From: Klebsormidium nitens
Taxonomy: Eukaryota; Plantae; Klebsormidiophyceae
Assembly: GCA_000708835.1 (NCBI GenBank)
Contig: DF237067.1
Span: forward strand, 1 to 64,000
DNA length: 64,000 bases
Direction: 5' to 3'
This document shows positions 51,171 to 61,276 of this stretch, piece after piece. The translations under genes and the position numbers were made by a program. Within the stretch, counting starts at the first letter, position 1, and each line of letters begins with the position of its first letter. Below the pieces are notes generated by a model. It was not told the DNA's origin. It ran no database searches and was given only the letters and a program-made list of their open reading frames with translations.

Positions 51171-54100
51171 CTACTTCCGGGCCGCAAACACCATGTGACG
51201 AGGTGACTCAGCGATTCTACGGAACTCCCTAAAAGGCCCTGCCGCCTCCACGACGCCCCTGATCTTTGCCTCACCGGCACAGGCTCCCCACGAGCAGCCA
51301 CCCTCCTGGCTCAGTGCATTTGGCACGCACACCAAAGTCGAGAAACTGCAAACCGGATTATAATTTGTTGTAACTGTGGATGCAGCAAGACCGCAATACA
51401 TCTTATCCAATCAAGATAGCACTTCAACGTCGACTTCGCTAGGCCTACTGACGGCAGGAGCAGATTGACGCAGCGAAGCGATCAGACATGGGCTTCGACA
51501 GCAGGGCAGGCTGCTGTGCCTACCTGTAGAGGACCCTGGCGAGCGGGTTGGTGAGGTTGCCGCTGAGCTTGCCGTCCGTCAGGTGCTCCACGATGAGCCA
51601 GATACCCCCGTCTGCAAGAGCCTCGTACACGTGCTTGGCCGCCCCCAGCGGATCTCCAAAGTCGTGCAGCGAGTCGAGCATGGTGATCAGGGTGAAGCCG
51701 TCTCCCGGAAAGTTCTTGGCCGTGGATACCTGGAAGCTCACGTTGCCTGCGCACAGACACAGGAGCAAACTGAGACTCTTGGCACAGCCTGCGTAGCTAC
51801 TTTCAACTGAATCAGGATTTTTAAGAAGGAACCATGTACTGCATGTGTGTGACCAGGCTTACGATGTCCACTTAGCACCAAGGGCCAGACTGTTCGCACT
51901 GCAAGGGGTGTCAAGATCTACACATCCTATGGTCCACGAATCATCGTCAATCAACACAGAGACAATATTCTATGCTGTTTGAAATAGGATCTCTCTCCAT
52001 GTTCTTCGTAACGTCCACCTTCAAACATCGTCACATGATTCGCATACTTCCACCTGTATTCCCATGACTTGCCAAACAAACAGAGACGGAAAACGGATGT
52101 CCGTACGGTCGACGATACGGCTGGTCCGTGCTCACCCTCGATCCCGTTGTCCTTCGCAATCGCTCTGGCCTGTAACACGGACAGCTCGTGCCGGTCGAAG
52201 CCCACGAAGGTGGAGTTGGGGTAGCTCCGCGCCATCATCAAGGTCGTGGCACCAAAGCCGCATCCGACGTCGGCCACCTTGCCGCCGCGCTCCAGCTCCT
52301 CCTGTAACAGCAACGAAGTCACACGAATTGGCCGAAGGAGCCTCTGTCCCGACTTCAGGACCTGACGAGAAGACAGCTCTGCTTGTAACCGTTGGTAGGC
52401 CCCAAAGTACTAGGGAACGCGGACTGCGTTCGCACTGAGCGGACGGAAGGAATGATGGCCGCATAAATCCTGTCAGATCTGCTATACAGCAGCTCTCTCG
52501 TGCTCAACGTTTTCCACGAACTGTTCGACTGCTTGGCGAAGGGATCGCAAGAGCCATAAAATTGGACAACAAACCTTTCGGCACAAGGTACCGAGCCGGA
52601 GTGATACAGCAAGCGAGTGAAGGACTAGAGCGGACCTCTAGAATATCTCCCAGCGCGGGCAACCAAACTTGCACGAGGAGCGCTTCCCACTCCGTTGCCG
52701 TTGCTCGAGCTATTCCCCGGGCCATCCCCACAGGCTGCTCTCCGTAGCTGAGGCCGCGGCCACTTTTGAATGTGCTTGCCAGTGTCTCCAAGTGGGTCCC
52801 ACTAAGCGAAGCTGCCACCTCCATCAGACCCATCAGGTTGGAGGGGTTCTCGTCCCTATGATCCGAGAAGGGCAAGACGCCTCAAAATAGGCAAAGCGAA
52901 CAGCAAGCTGATATCACACTACCTCAACTGTGGCCAGAGCAGACGCGCTCTCTTGCATTGAAAAATCGACGAGTTTCACGACACCAGACCTGACTCACAG
53001 ACTATACACTAGCTGGATGCTGGTCGAATATCAAACATTTTTGAGTAGAAAAGCACATACCTGGCTAGCACCATGGCCTGCTCTGCAGTCAGCTCAAATG
53101 TTTCAGAAGGTGCATGGTAAGCGACCCAGCCTGCCGCTGCGTTTGCATTTAACCATTCCCTCATGAGCCTGCATGAAAAGGTAAACGAGGCCTTAGGAGC
53201 TGCGCCCGGAACTGGCGGCTTGGCAACATGCACTAATTCAGCCAGAGTCACAGGGGACATCTGGAGCTTCAATAATCAGTACAGGCATCATTAGCGAGCA
53301 TCTATGCGACCAAGGAGCGACGCTCTTCACGCTAGCTTCAGCGCTGTCCAGCAGCAGGCGGGAACTCGAAAACGTCAAGATGAAGTGCAGGTTGCCCGAC
53401 ATAAACTTAGTCTTAATCTTCTGAATGAGATTGCTTCAGACCTTCAAGTCAGGCTGCAGGACGCCCACCATGACCTTCAACCCCAACGAAACATCTACAG
53501 ACCAAAAGCCTGGGCAAAATACTCGTTAAGGGAGCCTCACCTTTCTGAACATCCAGTACGAACTGCTAATTCAGCCGGGGTAACTTTTCCAGCTCCATCC
53601 ATTGCTGTACTCAGAGAACGAACCAAACATGTTACAAAAAAGAGGTAGGAAGGAAGCGAAAGAGCCTCTTGTCCTCCAATTCACTTGAGTGCTCCCGCTA
53701 GTGGCAAATGGCCTACAGGATAGTAACAATCGCCCTTCAGCAAGTATTGCTTTTGCTGTTGTAAAATGAAGCAGAAACTCAAGTGCTTGATCAACTCTCG
53801 TTTTTGAGCTCGCTTTGAAAGTCTCCGCTGTGTAGGACATCCGCCGATCTGTATGTGTTGATTTCGTTTCAGCAATACGCCTCCAGAAAAAAATGGTACT
53901 TTGAGAGTGTTTTGTCAACATGTGCATCCTTTGCAACTAGTGAGAATACCAGGACCAGCTTGCAGAACCTCCATGTTGAGCTTAGTCAGGAACAGACAGA
54001 TTGGGTCTATTTCATCAGTTAGGTCCAGTTCAAAACCTAAGGGAAGCAAGAAATGCCCCATTCACAAGCTCAAGTTCCTTAATATTACAGTAGGTCTGTG

Positions 54101-55083
54101 CCACATTGTTTATTTCAAGCTCAGGTCAACCGCGACTAAGACCCCAATGCAATAATGCAGCTGGTGTTTGCTCTCCACCATCTGATAGGATCTCAGACCA
54201 ATTCCTGGCCCCAACCGTACAACTTGGACCCCTCACCTTTGTAAAGCCCAAGCCGGTCACCCAGAACTCCAAGAACACAGCTGAAAGCGCCGCCAACCTG
54301 ACATGCGGAAGCTGTCTCAGTACACGAAAGCACTGCAGCCGGGGCATTCAAAACGGTTGACTAACGGAAGAAGAAATGGGACATGCAACCACTGCAAGAT
54401 AAAGAACGCTCCTGTTCACATACTCCCTGCGTACAATTGCACAGATGTAGGAAACTCAAGCACAAACAAGTGAGCTGCTCTGCATTTGAAGCCACAGGCA
54501 TATGGTGGAAGAGAGCAGCTGATACATCTGCCACTCAGCTCGCTGAGCTCAGTCCGTTCATGTAGTGGAGGGCAGTCTGACCTCCTTGAGAACTTTGTCT
54601 TGCAACTTTTCAAGCACAGCTTCATTTGCTCCTGCTGGAATGAGGGAATCGCAGCGCGCCTCAGCTGGTGGGGTTTCAGGCCACATGTGAGCATCTTCAT
54701 GATCAAAAGCACCCTGCAGATGCCCCTGCAAAGGTGCAGTAAAGTCATGAGTGAGTCATCCAGTCTCGAAAAGGAATGGTTTATGCTTCCTTATCCAAAA
54801 ATGGCACATACAACGCTTTCTTGAGAAGCAGAGTGACTTGTCAAACTCTGCAACTGATCTGATTGCTTCTCGGCACTCATGATCAGAAAACCCTTCGCGG
54901 GCGCAGCAAACATACATGTTTTTGGACGCACGCGGATCATGTTACATTGCATCCCATATTGTAGCAGATATCCACCTGTTTTAATTCCCTTTCAGGATCT
55001 TTGGTGGAGCTGGGCCCCTTCGAAACTTCCTCTGCATCGTTCTGCAGTTTCAGTCTCGGAAGTTGCGACAGAAAGTTCTCCAT
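51171..55083 (-). CDS. Class I SAM-dependent methyltransferase with N-terminal winged helix (bacterial Rv2258c-like family); multi-exon
   Basis: Spliced VLGDRLGLYK|AMDGAGKVTPAELAVRTGCSER|LMREWLNANAAAGWVAY...KVADVGCGFG...FVGFDRH...MLDSLHDFGDPLGAAKHVYEALADGGIWLIVE...FSTLVCVPNALSQEGG..GACAGEAKIRGVVEAAG...FAARK*. ATG 55083 has A at -3 and G at +4. An optional in-frame upstream exon starts at 55694. Confidence 0.9.
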
Positions 55084-55678
55084 CTTCACAAGGACCTTGA
55101 GGGAGTCGAGAGACTTGTACAACACAAAATACCAAAAAAGACACCACAGTTTTCCATGCAGCAGCACAAAATGGATCTTCTTGCTTCAGGAAAAAGAGCT
55201 AATGGGAGCAACGAAGGGATTGTCTTCCGTCTTCAGCACGGAAGCTACAAGAGGCCTTCGTTCTTCAAATGGCTTCTGATGAGCGCTGTGGCTCCAAACA
55301 AACTTGAAAGGGGGCGGAACTCCCCTGTGGAAGAACGACTTTCTTTCGTGTGGATTTGCTGACTAGGCAAGCCGCAAACTTCGACATGAATTGACCATGA
55401 TGCGTGTTGGTCTCAAACGAGCGGTGGTCGAGCTTTTGTGAAGCCTGATCGGACGGCGGACCTGAGTCCAGGAGAGTATCCATTGTATCGACGGTTCTCC
55501 AAGCTTGGACTCACAATCCACGGCCGATAATAGCCAACGCAGTTGCAATGGCCGGCCGGATTCGCCGCGTGAACGCTGAGGCGGTGCCAGGTGGCAGGTG
55601 GTCTCTTCAGAGCTTCAACATCCGAGTGAGGAGGGAGCCTGCTGATTACGGTATACTGGTAGTGACAGTAAGTGTCTC

Positions 55679-55840
55679 CATTATACACCCGCATGGAGCA
55701 GAGACTAGCTTCATGTGCTAGATTCTTGCTTGTAGATCTGTGTTCTGCATTGTCAATGTTAGGGTCCTCTGAACATTGATTCTTGGTGATTTGTTCCGCC
55801 TATTGTACTGCTTGTTCATTCATTCATTATACACCCGCAT
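55679..55840. repeat. Exact 16-nt direct repeat CATTATACACCCGCAT (55679-55694 and 55825-55840) in the divergent intergenic region
   Basis: Read directly from the sequence; each copy starts with ATG on the minus strand (MRVYN). Confidence 0.9.
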
Positions 55841-55877
55841 TGAACTCGGGGAGGCTGCCATCAAAGCTTAGAGCGCC

Positions 55878-58800
55878 ATGGGCGCATCCGCAGCTGTGAG
55901 CTCCATCGTTGGTCGGCACCTGATTGCTTCTGATGGTGATGTCTGCCGGCCCAGGAAGCGATGGCAGCGGCCCACATTATCGGTTGCTGATTCCCCTCTG
56001 ACTCTGCACCAATTGGGCGCGCCTTGCCTATCGCAATGGCATTCAGCCAAGGTGGCAGCAGGCAGAAGGGGCCACTTGGGTGAACTGCAGCATCGATCTG
56101 CTGTGCAATTCTTGAGCAAGGCCCCTCAGGCTCTGCTCGGGTCTCGCTTTGTGCCCCCAGCTTCCCCAAGCATCTGCCAAAATCTGCTGGTGCGTTTGGA
56201 TGCACGCAAGGCAGCTAGGAGTGGCAGCAAGGTCGTGGCACAAACGACCGCTACAGGGGCAACCCCAGATGTCAGTTTCCACATTTGTGAACTCAATCTC
56301 CTGTCTGCAGCATACCCAAGCTCGCCCAAATCATGCTCTTTGAGTATGCAAAAACTAAGCATGTGGAGTTGAGGAAGTTTCATCAGATTGAGTGTACCGC
56401 TGCCCCTGCCCAATGCTGATGGTCATTGTACAGGTGGTCAGATGCAGTGTGATGACTTTGGACTTTATCAATGCTGACAAAGCAGGGCGCATTAGTATTT
56501 AAGTAGTGACGTTTAAATTCTTGTTTTCCAGCGTAGTTGAAGACTTCTTCATCTGAAAGCTTGCCAAGTTTCTTTTGCTGATGATCAGATGCATTCATTT
56601 TTCTCAAAAAGTGGGCTTTGACAATGCAAGGTGGGGCACAATTGTGCACATCACCTGGTGTTGACTTGTACCGACGTAAGTATTGGCTTGTGCAGGCTGA
56701 TGGCTGGATCAGATATCAAGGTAGGCCTCCAGTAGCTTTCAAGTCCTACTAGCAGGTAAAGCAGGTAGTGCCATTGCCTTCTTGACAGGCTTACAATCCG
56801 AGTATATGCATACCTCTTCTTGGTTGAGTTGAAGCTATGTCTTTGCCACTTTGTCTGCTACCTGCTTTCAATGCACCCAAGTCAATGACCCCAAAGCCCC
56901 CAACTTCGGCCCCGCATGCCACAGCCTTCTTGCTGTCCACGCAGCACAATCGTCAAAGTCTCACATCGTACGCAGGCAATGTGAGCAAGGGTCCTCAGGC
57001 AGCCTGGCTGCCCATTGCCATTGGTGTGGCCACCGGCGTGTACGTGTACCCCAAGATCCTCCCCTACATGCTCATGCTGCTGGACAACATCCTCCAGCAC
57101 TGGCCCGTGAGTTGCATACCCACACGGAATGCTCGGAAGGCTAGATAGATGCATCTGCCCTCAAAAGCTGCTCGCATTTCCTCTGCTGTTTGGCTGCTCA
57201 GTCCCTGCCACAGAATCTCACGCTGCAGAGGTTGAGCTTGGTCGCCTCTTCTGGGCGTGTCTTGGATTGCCCCACCGCTGATGCCCCACTTCTGTGCTGT
57301 CTGCTTCGTGCAGCCGCACTACCTGGGAATCACCGCGGTGGACGCACTCCTAGGTGGGCTTCTGACATAGAAGGAAAGATGATACATTGAAGCTCAACAC
57401 TGCCAGCATTCAACAACTGTCCATCACATTATTGAAAAGCCAGCTTTGTAGTTTTTGGAGGGCCTAAGACTCCTGTCACATTTGCCCCCGCTGTTCTGAC
57501 GCAGTCCACCGTCTACTTGTATGCTGGAGCTAAATACAGGCCAGGATGGGGTGCTGCTGAAGCTCTGCCAGGTCGCCGCCTCGCCTCACCTCCCATCGCA
57601 TCACACTCAGCTCCGTCACTCTGCGTCAAGCACTGCAATCCCCCATGCGGCCCAGCATCCAATCTGTGCCCCCGTTTGTCTCGCAGGTATCCTGGTGCCT
57701 TTTTTCCAGGACGTCTTTGCCTCCGCTGACTACGGCCGCATCATCGTGGCCTACTTCTCCGCTGTCATCCTGTCATGGGCCCTCGCAGCCGGCATTGAGT
57801 CCTCGCGCCTGGACGCCCACCGCAGCAAGCTGATCAAGTTCTTCTCGCCGCTGGTGTCGGTGGAGATTTTCTCGGGGGTGGGCGTCCTGACGCCCCTCCT
57901 GTGGGTGGCGCCCTTCCTGCGCATGCCCGGCAACACGGTATGCCACCACCTCGGGCGGCGCTCCGCCGATTACCCTAATGATTGGGTTCAGTTATCGAGT
58001 TGCTAAACGAAGTGGCGAAGCCCCTCCTTGATGGAGGGAATTGCCGCTCAAGGCGTGCAAGCTGATGGGTAAAACTTGGTTACTTTTCTACTTGACTTCT
58101 CTCAAGCATGCCCCGGGTTACTTCTCTGCTTGCCTTTTCGTATATCATGCCCGGGGCGTCCAAGACAGAACTTCCAGGAGTGCGCCAATTTACTATCTTG
58201 AATAACGAGGAATCCACAGGCCTCAGCTCCTTTGATGAGACTGCGGGCTCTTTATTCGCGATCTTTCAAGGAGGCTCATCGAAGCCTGAATCAAAGGAAG
58301 TCCTGCAGATGAAAATGCACTGTGATTCACACAGCGTTTCAAGTTTATCTGGAGGAGTAACGTTTGTGGGCCTTCTGCCCAACCTCATCCCGCCCATCTC
58401 CGCCCCTCCCCAGGACTCGGCCGCCCAGCTGACCCCCGCTGTCGTGGCCAACAAGCTGGTGTCGGCGCAGCGCGTGCGGCTGCTGTCGCTGGTCATCCTC
58501 GCCTCGTTCGTGCCGTACGTCGCGGGCTACTTTTTGACCTCCACCCGCTACCACGTGAATCAGCTGCTGGTTGCGCTTCCTCCCCTCGTGTGGCCCCTCC
58601 TGTGGGGCTCCACGGGCACCACCGACGCGGACAGCCCCGTCGCGGGCCACTCCGCCGCGGAGCGCCTGCACTCCCTGGCCGTCGGGGTGGGCCTGCTGCA
58701 GCACGCGATGTGCGTGGCGCAGCTGGTGGAGCGGCCCGACATGCTGGCACGCGCCGCGGGGCTGCTCCACAACCACCCGATGCACATGCGGCCCACGCTG

Positions 58801-59428
58801 TTCGTGCTGGTCACAACGACCAGCCTCTGGGCAGGTGAGAATCCGCACGCGGGCAGCACGAGCAGAGAAGACGCGACCGCTTCCACGGTAGCCGCTTTCT
58901 ACAAATGCTGGCGGGCAAGCGGGGACACGGTGTCTTACGCAGCGTGGGACGCTTCTTAGAAGTAACTGATTCTGGACGTCCAAACTGCTGGTCATCAGGT
59001 CTGGGCTCTTTCGATCCTGTGCTCAAGAGTGGCTGCGTAGTGGACAGAATAAAATGATTGCCCAGATCCTCGCTTTCAGGTGTTACTTTATTGACCATTT
59101 CCAATCTGACTTTTCTTCGTGGAGTGCCGCGTCCACCAAGTTGCAAGAGCGCATCAGATTCGTATTTTGGGTGATGAAAGCGGCCACTTACGCAACTGTG
59201 TAATCGAGCAGATTTGGGCCGGCTGCTTCGTCCGCCCCAGCTGACCTCCCCTCTCCCCCGTGTACAGCGTTGCTGTCCATCCCCCTGGCCCAGGAAGGGC
59301 CCAAAGCCGCCTTAGGCGTCGTGGGGAAGAGCATCCTTCTTGGACCGGCGGCTGCAATGTCGCTCTACTTTGCGGCAAGGGAGAGGGCGTACCTAGACGT
59401 GGCTTTAAGGGCAAATCCCGTGCTTTGA
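55878..59428 (+). CDS. Multi-pass membrane protein resembling fungal CtvD/AurD-type hydrolases, with a transit-peptide-like N-terminus; 7 exons
   Basis: Phase-consistent exons from 55878, 56696, 56976, ~57314, ~57688, ~58414 and ~59268 give PHYLGITAVDALL|GILVPFFQDVF, AAGIESSRLDAHRSKLI, GVGVLTPLLW and C-terminal SILLGPAAAMSLYFAARE...PVL* (stop 59426-59428). The gene model is strong; the family call is from recalled motif patterns. Confidence 0.7.
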
Positions 59429-61276
59429 GGAGCGACAGAATCAGCAGATTTCACCACTGCTCCTCGCCTTCTGTAGCGTGTTGAGTGCTTATGATTTGGA
59501 TGTCTGTCGAAATTATGTAACAAGTGGAATTGTGTTTGAAACTCTCGGCCCTCTGAAAGAGGGATCGAGTTATGTAACAAGTAGGAGCGCAATACGTGCA
59601 ACTATGCGAGAGTGATTGTTTATAGTAACCAGCAACTTAATTAAGCCTCATTTGGCGCGCCGAACTAAAACGTCTAAGTTCCCGGGAAAAGTGTTTGAGG
59701 ATACTAAATCTAACATTGTACTTCACAACTAACTACACAAAACCTGTTTTGTGGTCACGTCACACAGTGTAGCTTGATGCAATCCTCAAAGTATATACGA
59801 GCTCAAGATTAGTTACTCAACCGACGACGTCATAGCACGCCAGATCTGCAAGGACGGTACCGAGTTTTCGGACTCCTGGCATATGCATCCACCCATGTAG
59901 GTTGGCATTGCCGTCATGCAATTTCATGGCGCTAGGCGGCCGCCGGGAATTGCATTGAGGAAGACGTGAGAATCTACCAAGCAGACGGGGTCAATCCATG
60001 TAAGATTGAAGTCCGCCGGAGGGCATATAGCCGTGCTGTGCATCGACTTGAGCCGCTCTCGACAATAAGCACGACCCACTGCACCAATGTTGACTGTGCA
60101 TGTACGGTACACATGGTCCGTCACACCGGCCCAGGACCGCATCATTGCCTGCGACAGATATCTAAGATCTCATGGTAAGTTGCAGTGTCAGTGCCATTTG
60201 GCAAAATTCCGGTCGTTACCATATACACTAGCATGACTGAGTGCTTTCAAAACGGTATACCGGTGATTCCTGTCGCTACCATCTACACTGAATGAGCGCT
60301 TTTGCAAAACTCTCGTTCAATTCAGTGAAATCGTGAAAGCGCAACTAGCTGCATGGACGCCCTCTTGCATCTAATCGTCTTGCGCGGCTATTTTGTATCG
60401 AGACGAGAGTCATTGGCCGCGGCGGCTATAATATCGAGATCCGCAGTCGAAGTGCATACCTGTACATGACATCCGCGCGGAGCTGCCCAAATGATGAAGT
60501 CGGCACTTTAAAGAGGGCGTGGGCGGACGCATCCGCCGTCAGCGACTGGTAACCAGGGATGCGGCTGTTTCGGTCGCCGCAATGCCAATATTTGGCAGCG
60601 ACATCGAGGGTGACTATGCTGTCACGCGGTTCTGGGTCGTTAAGCGGGAACATGTCAATAACATATCAGACAAGTCTCGGCGCACTCGGCTAAAAGAAAA
60701 ATACATGGCATTTCATGTCACTCATATGCATCGTACACATCATCATAGAAGACGCACGTGGGTTCCTTCAACCACAACGCCCTCTTTTATAAACTAATTG
60801 CGCATGCAATATTTGTAGGTTGCCATTCAAACAAATGCCGCCAATGCGTGCCGGGTGATGCATACAATATAACGTCGGAGGTGCACATTGACGTAGGCCG
60901 TGTCGGAAGCTGCTCAGTCATATAATAGCTGATTAAGGTGACAATCAGGTGACCGTCGTCTTGTATCCTTCCAGGTTACTCTAATTCTTGTTAAACCATT
61001 CTTTTCGGCCCTCAGAAAGGCTATGTGCAGCCAAGAAGGTACTTCAATGGCTAAAGGTCATATATACTCGTCTTCATGGAGTTAGCATGAAAAGCATCGC
61101 AAGGTCCAGTATGGACTGTCAAAACATGCAACGGATCAACTGAATCTGCCCGGTGTTTTACTACAGTCGCATACCATTACCGGTACCTTCGTACAACCGC
61201 TGTCTGGTGGTTACCACCTACAAGTACCAGATCGACCGTTGACATATATAAATCTCTCGCCCCACGTCACCACTGC

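Noticed and set aside
6778-58995. Many long antisense or alternate-frame ORFs (e.g. 6778-7251, 14883-15752, 25372-26022, 47287-47943, 58345-58995)
   Set aside because: Shadows of GC-rich exons of recognised genes; no independent motifs.
59637-59661. Adjacent PacI (TTAATTAA) and AscI (GGCGCGCC) sites suggesting vector sequence
   Set aside because: No other polylinker or vector sequence nearby; likely coincidence.
59430-61270. 1.8-kb spacer with 70-90 aa ORFs between convergent genes
   Set aside because: No recognisable domain, repeat or splice-consistent model; probably 3' UTRs.
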